Source: Gracilinanus agilis
Lineage: Eukaryota
Assembly (NCBI RefSeq): GCF_016433145.1
Contig: NC_058133.1
Location: forward strand, 226,703,631 to 226,767,630
Reading direction: 5' to 3'
DNA length: 64,000 nucleotides
Each line of letters begins with the position of its first letter. Position 1 is the first letter of the stretch. Below the pieces are notes generated by a model, which did not search any database, was not told where the DNA came from, and saw nothing but the letters and a program-made list of their open reading frames with translations. The translations under genes and the position numbers were made by a program. This document shows, in pieces, positions 36,629 to 48,570 of this stretch.

Positions 36629-37607
36629 AACCCTTAATTTTCTGTACTTCCCCCTGAGGCCTCAAGCATCCCCATACTTCTTTCAGTTCTAGCAATCCCA
36701 GTAATAGAATCACCTAGAATCTATTTTGCCATGATGGGCAGCTATTTTTTCCCCTCTTTTTAAAACTGGGCATTGGCCCTTACATCTATGTTCCATTTTG
36801 CTGCCCCTTTTTCATCCTTTCTAATGATTTAGATCCTAAGGGTTTAAACTGTGCTAGATCTCTAGAGTATTTCATTTTCTCAGTGGAGATGGCCCCAGAA
36901 TAAACTGTCATCTACCTCACTTTACAAATAGGTCTGTAGGCCAGCTAACCCATTATAGCAAGAGTTAAGGGTATCTATGTCTATACATGTCTATGGTCTT
37001 GTGCATTGAATGGCCATGGTGTGGTAGGGAATTGCAGGACAAAGATGAGGAGGCTGTCACGACCACTGCCAAAGAAACTGACACAGCAGGCTCTAAATCA
37101 GCCATCCTCACCTGTTTGCATTCCAACCAGGATACTCATCTTAGCTTCCAAGGGCAAACTAGTTCCTGGATTAAGGCTTGGCATTGTTCAAGTAACTGTG
37201 TACCTACCAATCCAGGGATCTCATGACAAAGTTCCCTAGGGTCTTTGGCAGTGTGGGTGAGAAGTATTGAGCCATGCTTCTCTGCTGGAGAATCAGAAGA
37301 GCCTGAGAGTCAGCAGGGACTCAGTCGTGAGTGGTGGCTCTTTGTGAGTTTGACTCTGCCTTCCTAATCAATGATATAACCAAGACCCTGGTGCCAGAGA
37401 GAGGCCAGCCTTCTCCAGACAGCACCTAGAATGTTGGACTCTAGAAATTAAAAAGGGAGAGCTAGGCTTCAGTTTCCTACTATTTCCCTGTCTTTCCCAA
37501 GGGACCTAATAAAGGACCAGGGCAAAGGAGCTTGGGTTAAGGTTGTCAGGGTGAAATGGCCACGATCTAGAACTAATACTCTCGGGTGCGTCAATTTACT
37601 AATAATT

Positions 37608-37808
37608 CAGGGATTCTTGACTTGGGGCACATGGGAGATCTTTGGATAAATTTCAGGGAATCTGTGAACTTGGGGGAGGGAGATTACATTTTTATTTCAC
37701 TATGATTAATTTCCTTTGTATGTTTTAAAACATTTTGGGATGGGATCCATAGACTCCAGCAGACTGTTACCAAAGGGGTCCAGGACCCATAAAAGCTCAA
37801 GAACCCTG
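37608..37808. mobile_element. Old hAT/Charlie-like MITE (about 200 bp)
   Basis: Termini CAGGGATTCTTGA...TCAAGAACCCTG form an inverted repeat (one indel); TSD eroded. Confidence 0.6.
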
Positions 37809-38950
37809 TTTCTATTTACTGTCACTGGCATGGTGGGGAAAGGGTGCACTGGATGAAATAAGAGACATGGAAGAGGTACTTCCATATATATGTGTCCCTT
37901 GTCTGTGGAGGGTTAAGGGGCTCAGGATTGCACCTCCCTAGAAAGGACAAGCTTAGAATTGGCAGTCTCTCTCTTCCCCAGGAATACAGCCAAGACCAAT
38001 TCATTAGACAAACTTGGGACATCCTGTGCCCTCTTGCCCCAAGGCAGAGAAGTAAAAAACAAAACAAAACTAAGAGGGTGGGAGACTCCAGGGCTATGCA
38101 AATTTGTAAAGATGGAAATTTCTGTTCATAAATCAAACAAGTTAAATGAATTAACAGCCCTTGCTGTCAGCAGTGTGTTCCCGGCACTCTACCACATACA
38201 AAAACTAATAATATACTATCTTCCAAAGCACCTCCAAGCTTTTCCTCCATCAATTATCTGTTGATATGATGAAATCCCAGCTCCAAGATCTAGTCAGGGG
38301 CTATTAGTGGGCGCAATACTCTCCCAGATGGGACAATTAAAACTCGAAGTGCCATATTCTTAGTTCATACAATTCACCAAAGTTAACACCAGAATCTAGG
38401 TCTTAGTTCCCTAGACCTCTACTCCAATGGTGCTGCCCTTCTGTACTGGTCTTCCATTTCCTACCTCTTCCTTCCCCCTCCCAAAAAATGTTCACAGCCC
38501 AGACCCTAGATAGAAACCCATATGTCATCTGCATTTCCCAATATTTCCTTTGCATCTATAGACTGTGGGGAGACTGAGGCAGGGGGCAGAAAAACCTGAA
38601 TTTAAGATCCAGTCAGCCAGAAGCCATAGAGAAGAGAGAACATGATCTGCACTTTCTGGAGGAACTGGTAAAGTGTATGAAGCCCCTAAGTTTACATGGA
38701 GGAGGGGATCTTAATTCCAAGGTCCAGTTTATTGGATTCAAGGGAGCAAAATTATTTCAGTTGTCACCTGAAATAATTGAAATGGTATAGGACAGGAGTT
38801 GAAAATGGGACTATCCTTGAGCCTATAGCAGAGCCTATAGCAGACCAGACTCCTTAGCACCTTCATCCTAGCTAATAGTTGCCTTTTCAACTAATACTAG
38901 CCACTCAAGAACTGTGACAAAAACTACATTTATTGTAGCAAAACTCTACA

Positions 38951-39170
38951 AGGGGCAGTTGGGTGACCACTAGATAGAGCCCCAGGCCTGGAGATAGGAG
39001 GTCCTGGGTTCAAATCTGGATTCAGACACTTCTTAGCTGAGTGACCCTGGACAAGTCACTTAACCCCCATTGCCTAGCCTTTACAACTCTTCTGTCTTGG
39101 AACTCATATACTGTATTGATTCTAAGACAGAAAGTAAACATTTAAAAAGCAAAGAAATAAACAAAAAAAC
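38951..39170 (+). mobile_element. Opossum-type SINE
   Basis: Head, B-box GGGTTCAAAT, CORE and A-rich tail. Confidence 0.85.
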
Positions 39171-39470
39171 TTTTGAACATATATCTTCTAAAGCTGGATA
39201 TGAGGTATTACTGCTTAAGCATGGAAAAACTTTGCCAGCTTAACAATCATTCAACAAACATATTGAGTGTCAACTTATAGGTATGACACCAATAGGCCCT
39301 AGAGGAGATTACAAAAGATAAATAAGACAGTCCTTTCCTCAAAGAATTTGCAGACTAGGAGCACTCATCTACTTTGGTCTTCTAGACATTAATAACTTTA
39401 GTGCAAAAGTATTGTCAAAGAGGAAACTCCCTCTACTAATACAAATGTGATAGCATGTGAAAAGTGCTTT

Positions 39471-39590
39471 GGGGGCAGCTTGATGACACTGTGGATAGAG
39501 TGCCAGGCCTGGAGTCAGGAGGATCTAGGTTCAAATCTATACTCAGATAATTCCCCATTGTGTAAACCTTGGTAAGTTACTTAAACCCAA
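39471..39590 (+). mobile_element. MAR1-like SINE truncated by assembly gap
   Basis: GTGGATAGAGTGCCAGGCCTGGAGTCAGGAGGATCTAGGTTCAAATC head. Confidence 0.7.
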
Positions 39591-39769
39591 NNNNNNNNNN
39601 NNNNNNNNNNNNNNNNNNNNNNNNNNNNNNNNNNNNNNNNNNNNNNNNNNNNNNNNNNNNNNNNNNNNNNNNNNNNNNNNNNNNNNNNNNNNNNNNNNNN
39701 NNNNNNNNNNNNNNNNNNNNNNNNNNNNNNNNNNNNNNNNNNNNNNNNNNNNNNNNNNNNNNNNNNNNN
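39591..39769. other. Assembly gap (179 N)
   Basis: Run of N. Confidence 1.
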
Positions 39770-40092
39770 AAATACTAATTATTGTTCATAACAACTCTTC
39801 TGTAAAGCTGCCTGAGGGAATGAATGAATTGGTCAAACAGCCAATATATGTCAAAGACCACAGGGCAAGATCGTGTTGCCTCTCAGGAATAATTTACGCC
39901 TATGCTATGATACAAGGCAGAATATAATAGGTGTCATTAGTATTTTGGGGAAGTATTTAAAGAGGGTAAGATCATTTCCAGATACACCCATTTAGGAGGT
40001 GACACCTGAGCTGGGCCAGATTTAGGGGAATATCTGAACTCTGGACAAAGTTTCTGACCATCACCTTTGGAGTCAATGATACTCTGGAATAG

Positions 40093-40220
40093 GTAGGAAA
40101 TGTGTGACCCTGAGCAAGTCATTTAAACCCCATTGCTTAGTCCTTACTACTCTCCTGCTTTGAAACCAATACTTAGTATTGATTCTAAGACAGAAATGTA
40201 AGGGTTTAAAAAAAAAAAGA
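40093..40220 (+). mobile_element. 5'-truncated opossum-type SINE
   Basis: Starts at CORE TGTGTGACCCTGAGCAAGTC and ends GTAAGGGTTTAAAAAAAAAA. Confidence 0.8.
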
Positions 40221-40689
40221 TAATATGTAATTTTATTGCTGTAGTAACAAGAACAGGTTTCCCTTTACACTATTTTTTTTACTTAGGTTAATATTAAAAT
40301 GGTATATTCTTATATGGGTGAAGGAATAGGTGGTCCCTAGCTATGCGAAGGGAGAACACAATTCCTATAAAGCTTAAAACAGCACTATGGCTTCTGGAAC
40401 ATTCTGTATATAATAAGGATCTGTGATTTCTGTGGGCATTTGTTTCCCTTGGTAGGGAGTTGCTTAAAAGTCAGAATTTAAAGGACTTTATGAGGGTCCC
40501 ACAGGAAACAGATGACATAGGCATTGTCTGAACTCAACTCTTCCCAACTACAAGTTCACCACTCTTCAAGTAATCTCAGGAAGGTCAAGAAATGGAGAAA
40601 TAGAAGGAGAAAATTCCAGGGCAATTAAAATGCATGGAGTTGAGAGATGGACTCTTATTTGAGTAATAGTAAGGAGACCGGGGTCACTA

Positions 40690-41570
40690 GACTATAGAAT
40701 TTTTGGCAGTTGGATGAAAGGGAAGAGTGTAGAAGAACAGAAAGTTAGGACAGATCTGGGTTATGAAAGGCTTTGAGTGTCACAGGATTTTCTATTTGAT
40801 CTTGGAAGTGATAGGGAGCCACAGTAGTTTATTAAATGGGGAGGGAAGGTCAGATCAGTATAACATGGTTAGACTTGTGCTTCAGAAATATCACTTTGAA
40901 AACAAGGTGGGTAATGGACAGCTAGGGCAATTAGGTGGCACAATGGCTAAAGTACAGGGCTTGGAATCAGGAACTCAATATCCTGAGTTCAAATCCAGAC
41001 TCAAACACTTACTAAGTGTAGGTCCCTGGCCAAGTCACTTAATCCTGTTTGCCTCAGTTTCTCATCTATGAAATGAGCTGGAGAAGGAAATGGCAAACCA
41101 TTCTGGTATCTATACCAAGAAAACCTCAAAATTGGGTCACAAAGAGTTGGATACATCTGAAACAACTCTACAACAACAAAGACTGAGAATGGACTAGGAA
41201 AGAGACTTGAGACAAGGAGACTAACCAGAAAGCTACCACAGTAGTCTAGGTATGAGGCGATGGGGCCTGCACTTGGGCAGTGATGGTGTCAGAGAAGAGA
41301 AGGAGTATGTAGGGAATATATTATGAAATAAAAAACCACAGGCCCTAGCAACAGATGGGATATTGGGGCAGGAAAGGGATAAGAGAGAGAGAGAGAGAGA
41401 GAGGAGTTGACGATGACTTATGAGGTTATGAGCTTGAGTGACTCAAAGGAGGGTGGTGCCCCCAACAGTAACAGGGAAATTACGAACAAAGGAGGGTTTG
41501 AGGTAAAATTAATGAATGCAAGTATTGAACAGTTGAGTTTTAAGATATTTACCAGACATAGGAACAGGGA
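40690..41570 (-). mobile_element. L2 fragment interrupted by MAR1
   Basis: Purine-rich L2 antisense signatures (ATTTGATCTTGGAAGTGATAGGGAGCCAC; AGCTACCACAGTAGTCTAGGTATGAGG) on both sides of the MAR1. Confidence 0.65.
40925..41180 (+). mobile_element. MAR1 SINE (tRNA head + CORE + RTE-type tail)
   Basis: GGAGAAGGAAATGGCAAACCATTC...AAGAGTTGGATACATCTGAAACAACTCTACAACAACAAA tail resembles RTE/BovB 3' ends. Confidence 0.85.
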
Positions 41571-41746
41571 AGAAAAGGGTTTGTTTGGGTGTAAGACAGA
41601 GAGGTAAAATGGTAATAGAAAAAAGGAATTTCAGAGTTCACAAATATAAAAGTGGAATACTTATGGATTTGTATATAGTTGTGTTGAAGTAGAGGGCAGT
41701 TGGACAATGGGTAAACTGAACAACTAGGAGATTATGGCATTTGAGA

Positions 41747-42303
41747 TTTTTTTAAATCCTTCCCTCATAGAATAGGTACTAATTGGTTCTAAGGCAGAAG
41801 AGTGGTAAGGGCTAGGCAATGGGTAAGGGCTAAGCAACTTACCCAAGGTCACACAGGTAGAGAATGTCTGAGGCCAGGCCTGGTCCTCTACCCACTGAAC
41901 CACCTTGCTGCCTCTGTGAAGAACTAGTAATCCTTTTTTTTTTTAAACCTTTACCTTCTGTCTTAAGAATCAATATTGTGTATTGGTTCTAAGACAGAAG
42001 AACATTAAGTGATTTGCCCAGCGAAACAGAGCTAGGAAATGTCTGAGGCCAGATTTGAACCCAGGATCTCCTGTCTCTGGGCCTGGCTCTCAATCCACTG
42101 AGCCACCTAGCTGCCTCTGAAAGGGACTAGTAATACTTTTTTTTTTTTTTTTTAACTCTTACTTTCTGTTTTAGAATCAATACTGTGTATTGGTTCCAAG
42201 ACAGAAGAACGATAAGGGTTAGGCAGTGGATTAAGTGACTTGCCCAAGATCACACAGCTAGTAAATGTCTGAATCCAGATTTGAACCCAGGATCTCCCAT
42301 CTA
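41747..42303 (-). mobile_element. Cluster of three same-orientation SINEs (41747-41912, 41934-42116, 42137-42303)
   Basis: Three T-tail/body units; ACTAGTAAT repeated at both internal junctions. Confidence 0.85.
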
Positions 42304-42850
42304 AGAATATGCTAGGTACTTCCATAAGTGCTAACTGACACTCTTCAACTGCCTCTTCTTGGCCTCCCAATTGTCTCTTCCCCACTTGTGAGCTTATGGA
42401 AGATGTAGCAATAGTGTTGCCTCCTCTTCCTATTCTTTTCCTTTACATCTTTATCCCACATTGTTGCTAGCTTTGGCCCACATTTCTGGACACTGTAGCC
42501 AGAAGACTGAGCTGAGCTGATGAGATCATGGCTCCAGAACTGGAGATGAGGGGATGGGAGTGGGGACAAAGTCATAGGTGCTGCCCTTAGGGAGCAATCC
42601 CAGAGTGAGGCAACAAACAGGTGACACAGGGGATGGAGTCTGCCTGAAACAGTAGAGCAGGTGAAATAAATACTCACCAATCTGGCCAGGGAGGATGGGA
42701 GGCAAGGTGGAGGCTCCTGCCATGACAGAGAAAACCACCAGGGGGCAGGGATTCCAGTCTATTCTCTGTGGGGTTGGAGAGGTCACAGGCATTAAGCAGC
42801 TCCTGGCCTGCTTTGATAGAATGAGCTTCCTCACTGGGATTTCCCTAAGT

Positions 42851-43187
42851 CAGTGGTGTCAGATTCAAATAGAAATGGCTCTCTATAAGCCACATATTGA
42901 CTTTGAAAACCTTAAGTTAACAGCATCTATATCATTTATTTTGTTAAATATTTCCCAATTATATATATATTTAAAGCCTTACCTGCTTGGAATAAATACT
43001 GTGTATTGGTTCCAAGGTAGAAGAGAGGTAACAGGCTAGGTTTTGGGGTAAGTGACTTGCCCAAGGTTACACAGCCAGATTTGAGCCTAGAATCCTTCTC
43101 AATCCACTGAGCCACTCAGCTGCTCCCCCTCTCCACCTATTACATTTTAATTCGATTGGGACTGCACTCAGGAGTTTGACATCTTTG
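42851..43187. mobile_element. hAT-type MITE with a nested SINE (42969-43128, minus)
   Basis: Termini CAGTGGTGTCAGA...GTTTGACATCTTTG are a degenerate inverted repeat; SINE interrupts ATTTCCCAATTA/ATTACATTTTAAT. Confidence 0.6.
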
Positions 43188-44389
43188 CCTTATACCAATG
43201 AAATCACAGATCCAAACAACAACAAAACCTGGTCTTGATAAAACATAAGTTCTTAAAAAAAAAAAAAAAAAAAAAAAAAACCTTACCTTCTGTCTTAGTA
43301 TCAATTTTTTTTAACCCTTACCTAAGTTCCATGGCAGAAGGACAGTAAGGGTTTTTGTTTAAAAAAAAAACAAAAACTGATATATTGCTTTTTTTCCTCA
43401 TTGGGTGGGAAAGGGACAAGAAGGAAAGAGAGAATTAGAACTCAAAAATGTTTTAAATGAATGTGTAAAAATAAAAATTTAAATACATATTGTTTAGTCA
43501 ATTTCCCCAATTGCAATGTAACCCCAGTCCCAAAGCCCAGGGTACAGGCTTCTCTCTTTATTGGAGAAGATTAGTATCTTGAGTCTGCATGAGGGTGGGG
43601 GTGGGGTGGGTAGGAAGGGTGTTGGTGAGAGCTGGAGAGAGGAGAGCTCTGGAATCTCCTTTAAGCTTTGAGACCCTGAGTCTTTTCAGACTTCAAGTAT
43701 CTGAAGGTGGACTTCAAGAGAGAAGATGAAAGATGGCAGCCCTACTTCAAGTTGCTGAAGGAAACGGCGCAAACTAGCAGTCTTCATTTTGTCCCTGTCC
43801 CCAGATTGCTACCTTAGAGACTTGGAAGAACTTCCTTTGAGTGAGATCTAGGGCTCTCTCTTTTGAGATCTCTTTTGTAAAAGTATTATAGGATATGGAC
43901 TAATGTAAATGTAAAATATGTAAAACCTATATCAGATTACATATGGTCTCAAGTTGGAGAGAGGGCAGGGAGGGATGGAGAGGGATCAGAAGAAGGGAGA
44001 GAATGGAATCTGAAAATAAAATTTTTAAAAATAATCTTTTATTTTTTCCCCTATTGCATGTAAAAACTTCTTTAACATTCATTTAAAAAATGTTTTAAGT
44101 TCCATTACTGATTCTTTAGAGCCTTGTTGGCAAGCCATGGCATGTATGCAGAGCTGGCACTTAGGGAGCTGCTCCAGTCCCCCTCTTCCCAGCATGCAAG
44201 GACATTTTTTGCATGCCCTCCCCAGCCACCCAAAGCAAGCACTCTACCCCTCCACTCTTTCTGGTTGGGGGGGGGGCATAGCTCACAGACAGCTTGAATT
44301 TGCCCTCTGGGCACTCAAACTGGGGAAAGGTTTGCCAATCCTGCTCTAGAGACTGTTCTCAGGAATGAGGTTTCTGGGTATGAATAGCT

Positions 44390-44612
44390 TAGTAACTTTT
44401 CTCCCTTGAGTCCAAAATGTTTCCCAAAACTGTGCTGCCATTCTTATCTCCTCCCTCTCTCACCCATTTATCCAAACAGTTTGCCATTTTTACTTGCAAA
44501 AAATCTATCATGTAAGTCTCCCCTCCATTCAAACAACTATTACTCTAGTTCATGCCAATAACATCTCATACCTGGTATATAGATAGCATCTATAACATAT
44601 ATATATATATAT

Positions 44613-44650
<38 letters not shown>

Positions 44651-45203
44651 TAGATAACATCTATAACAACAGTCTCCTAACTGGTCTCCCTGACTGGTCT
44701 CCACCTACCCCAATTCATCCTCCACCAAATGATTTTCCTAATGTACAAGTCTATGGCAACTTTTTCCTCCCATTTCTAATTGATTAGCTCTAGGATCAAA
44801 TACAAACACCTCTGGCATTTAAAACCCTTTTTAACCTGACCCCAACCTTCCTTTTCTAGCACAGTTGCACATTATTTCCCTTGACTCACATTCCATTTCC
44901 CAAACCTCTATGAATCTGAGGGAGATGCCCTGACTCTATCTCAGAATCTCTTATTTCCTTCAAAACTCAGCCTTTCCTGATGTTTCTGGCTGCTAGTGAC
45001 ATTACCCCAAATTATGTTGTGGCTATTTTCCATATCCCTTATATATTATATATGTACATATATAAATATGTATATATATAAATATGTACACACACACACA
45101 CACACACATATATGTACTTGGCTTCCCTCCTTGACTTTCATTTTTGTGTTATTTTTTCAGAGCCTGACATAGTGGAAACCTAATAAATACTTGTTGATTG
45201 ATT
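44390..45203 (+). mobile_element. L2 3' region containing (TA)n and (CA)n microsatellites
   Basis: CTCCTAACTGGTCTCC motif and terminal CCTGACATAGTGG..CCTAATAAATACTTGTTGATTGATT; (TA)n about 44598-44650, (CA)n about 45087-45110. Confidence 0.7.
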
Positions 45204-45329
45204 CCAGAATGGTTAAACCCCGTCAGTTTCTCCAACAGAAGTCTATGTGCCCAGTTTTTCAGTTCCTCCAACATTATTTACATTTTTATGATCCTCGATA
45301 ATTTGATAATTTTTAAAAAGATTTTAAAA

Positions 45330-45800
45330 TTTGTGGCTAATATGGAATTGTTTTATATTATTTCACATGTAAAATTAATATATTGCTTGCCTTTTCAAGT
45401 AACGAGGGAGAGAAGAGAGAATTTGGAACTCAAAAAATTTTAAATTAATGTTAAAATTTTATATGTAATTGGGAAATATTTAATGAAATAAAACAAAAAT
45501 GTGTTCAAATAAAATTAAAAATTAACAAAAATTTTTAATTTTCATTTCTTATTGTTAGTGATTTGTAGTATTTTTATATGGTTGTTGATAGTTCACATTT
45601 CTTCTTTTGAAAACTATTTGTATCCTTTGAGACTTCTATCTCCTGAAGAATGGATGTTTTTTGTTTTAACATTTATGTATTCTACCCTATCTGGCTTTAA
45701 CCTGAGGTATCTAAGGCTAAGATTTTTTTCAACCTGACAGTTTCTCTTCTTATTCTATTCTAGCTGCACTGATTTTATTCTTGCCAAAACTTTTAAATGT
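45330..45800. mobile_element. Old L1 fragments (3' tail on +, then ORF2-derived on -)
   Basis: GAATTTGGAACTCAAAAAATTTTAAA tail; TCACATTTCTTCTTTTGAAAACT antisense ORF2 signature; approximate. Confidence 0.55.
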
Positions 45801-46559
45801 TTTCCCTTTTAAAAGCCAAATCTAAAGGTGTTTGCGGCATGACTTGAATTCCACTTTAACCACTGACACCATCCCACATCATGATATTAACTGTTTTCAT
45901 CACCAGGCAAATTTCATTTGAATTAGAAGCTAACTTAGTCCAACCTGCTCCTCTTACAGATGAGGAAACTGAGGGTCCAGTAAGTAAAAAAATGACTTAC
46001 CCAATTTTACAATGATGGGTACCAGAGATAGAATTTAAACCCATTTTCTGATTCCAAATCTAGCATTCTTTTCACCATACTCCATTACCTTTCATAAATT
46101 CTTTCCCTTCCTCTTAAGAGGTTCCTATCACCCTAAGACTGAGTTATGGATGTCTCCTCTTCCCCTTTCCGTTTATTTTCCCCCAAACCTGCTGATCCAA
46201 TGCCACTTGGTCAATATTTTCTCTTTCCTAGCAATATTTGCATATTGAAGGGACTTCGAGGAAAGGGCAGGGAGCAAAAGGGCTTCTTCCCCCAACCAAA
46301 GACCAAGCCCAAATCCACAAAATTTCCCAGGGGTGTGTGAATGTGAGAGGCAAAGACAGAGACAGAGATCAAGATGTGTGTATGTGAGAGACAAGGATGA
46401 AGACACAGAGATAATGTGTGTGAGAAACAGACCGAAAATGAAGGGGGCTGGATCAGAACAAGAGGGGATCTAATCTCATTTTGGAGTTTCAATCCTCGCC
46501 CCTCTTCCCGTCCCCAGGAGCTAGCACACAGAGACTTTGTAGTTGGCTTATTTGTTCAT

Positions 46560-46569
46560 TTTATTTATT
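46560..46569 (-). terminator. NPB poly(A) signal (overlapping AATAAATAAA)
   Basis: + strand TTTATTTATT about 75 nt past the NPB stop. Confidence 0.75.
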
Positions 46570-46643
46570 TGGGGGTGAGAAGGGGTAGGAGGTGGGCTGA
46601 GACGTCGCCATTTCCATGTTGGGGAAGGCTGGGGCCCGAGGCG

Positions 46644-47230
46644 TCAGGTACTCAGACAGTCAGCAGAATTCAGAGAGAGGAAAACATCTGCCTTACACTG
46701 GAAAGTCCCGAACCCATCAGGGAGCAGCTCGCAGCTCTGCAGATTGGGAGCGATGTCCTTCACACACACCGCCTGGGGAGGGAGGTGGGTGGCCACCCAA
46801 GGATAAGGAAGAGGAGCCTCCCTCCAACCTCAGCCCGGAGAAACACTCCTCCCTTCCCTCCCTCATCACCCACCGCTGCCCCTCCCAACTATCTGGACTA
46901 TCCCCCACCACTCCCGCCCTCCAACCACTCCCGCCCTCCGGCCCCCTCTCAGGTCACCCCGCCTTGACACTGCAGTCACCCAACACTCACGAGGCTCCGA
47001 AGGCTGGTTCGAGGCTCGCGAAAGGGGATGCCTCCAGTGTCTCTGGCTTCCTGCACCAGGTCCGAGCGCCGGGCGTAAGGAGAGCGCCGGATACCGGACA
47101 GCAGTCCCGAAGCCCGGCCAACCGAGTAATAGCTGGGGCCAGCGGACTGCTTGTACCAGGCGTGGCCAGGTGGCAGCAGCAGGAGGCAGAGCGCCAGGCT
47201 GGCCACCACGAGTTTTCCAGAGGGAGGCAT
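46644..47230 (-). CDS. NPB: Prepro-neuropeptide B, 122 aa, 2 exons
   Basis: Exon 1 47230-46991: signal peptide [24 protein letters not shown], mature [31 protein letters not shown] (NPB23/NPB29); donor GTGAGT; 218-nt intron; exon 2 46772-46644: [42 protein letters not shown]. Confidence 0.96.
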
Positions 47231-47326
47231 TGGGGAGCGCGGGTGAAACCGACTCACGACGGCCGAGCTGTGGGACCCTCTACTTCAGCGACCAGAAACT
47301 GAGCCTTGGGGGAGCCTGACTGCTCC

Positions 47327-47333
47327 TTATATA
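47327..47333 (-). promoter_or_regulatory. NPB TATA box (TATATAA)
   Basis: About 100 bp upstream of the ATG on the minus strand, within a CpG-rich region. Confidence 0.7.
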
Positions 47334-48439
47334 GGTGGTGGGGAAGGACACGCGATGTGCAGAGCGGAGGAGGAGGGCCTGGGAGCTCCGAGCCTTCCCT
47401 CACCCCCACACCCAGGAAAGGCGGTCGGGGAACCAAGCAAAGGAAGGTGGGAGGGTGTCTGCAGGGGCGGAGCCAGCCCCGGCAGCATCACCTCAACTGG
47501 GGGAGAGGCAGGAGTCGTGTGAAGTTCTTCGCTCCCCTTCAAAGACAAGGAAATCCCAGGCCAAAAAAGCAATCGTTAGCCTTGGAACTTGGGAGTCCTG
47601 GCCGTCTCCAAGGCCACCTCTCCCTGGAGCTGCCTCACGATGCTTTCCCCTCCCCCTGGTTCAGAATCAGGAACTCTCTACACCGAGAACCTATGCCTAA
47701 GGCCCAGGTATGTACTAAGCTAGATGACCTTAGAACCTATTACCATCCCAGTCTCCCTAAATATAACCTGCTCTTTTTCATCCACCCCTTTTACTCAAGC
47801 AAAAAATCAAAGACCACTTTTTGTTTTAAAAGCTGCACATGCAGTTTAAAATGGAAAAGGACCTCAAGTATTTGGAGTGTGTCCTAACCTTGATAGCCCT
47901 AGGAACCCTCAACTCAGAGCAGGGAAAGGCAAATGGCAGAAACATGGTCTGGGAGGGGTCAGGGGCAATGGTGGCCCAAGAAGGCTGGCCAGCAAGGATG
48001 TCCTTTCACAGTAGGTGATGGAAAGAGACAGAATTAACTCATAATTTGAAGTGAAAAGAACAGCACCCTCCAGAGATCAGCATTTAAAAGGCCCCTAAAT
48101 AAACGGCATCAGGAAGAGTTTAGAGATCCCAAAAGCTTTGCAGGTTGTTTCAAGAGAGGAAAATCTATTTGGGCCAGTTATGTCTAAAAGGGACAAAGGG
48201 GTAAAGTAGGAAAAAAAGTAAATTCTTAGTAGAACAAGAACAAAGACCTTTCTGGAGTTGGTGCCACTTCCTGGGATTCCAGAGAAGAAAGGGGTAGCAG
48301 AAGTTTCACAATGGTGTTCCCTAACAGGTAATAGGGGCTGAGAATATGATAGCCAAAGCTTGGGAATCCCACACTGCTGAGGTGAACAACGAAAGCAGAA
48401 TTTCTGAAGGATGTTTCTAAGATTTGGAGGGAGAAGGGT

Positions 48440-48570
48440 AATGAGGTAGCATAGTGCACAGAGAGCTGGACCTGGAGTTGGGTTCAAATCCAGCCTCAGA
48501 CACTTCTTAGCTACCTTTGCCCAGCCCTTGCCTTTCTTCTCTTAGTAACAAAGGGAAGAGTTTTAAAGGG
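48440..48570 (+). mobile_element. Internally deleted marsupial SINE
   Basis: GGGTTCAAATCCAGCCTCAGACACTTCTTAGCT then jumps to GCCCAGCCCTTGCCTTTC tail. Confidence 0.6.

Noticed and set aside
38750-38778. Perfect 11-bp hairpin AATTATTTCAG-TTGTCAC-CTGAAATAATT
   Set aside because: AT-rich and short; such a stem is not unexpected by chance in 64 kb
41747-42303. Repeat-spacer appearance resembling a CRISPR array
   Set aside because: Eukaryotic SINE copies, not short regularly spaced direct repeats; no cas genes
47231-47257. GTG-initiated extension of NPB and a donor-like GTGAGT in the 5' UTR
   Set aside because: The ATG at 47230 yields a canonical signal peptide and the TATA position implies a short unspliced 5' UTR
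46416-47302. 183-aa and 228-aa plus-strand ORFs overlapping NPB
   Set aside because: Antisense shadows of a GC-rich gene; no Kozak, splice or homology support
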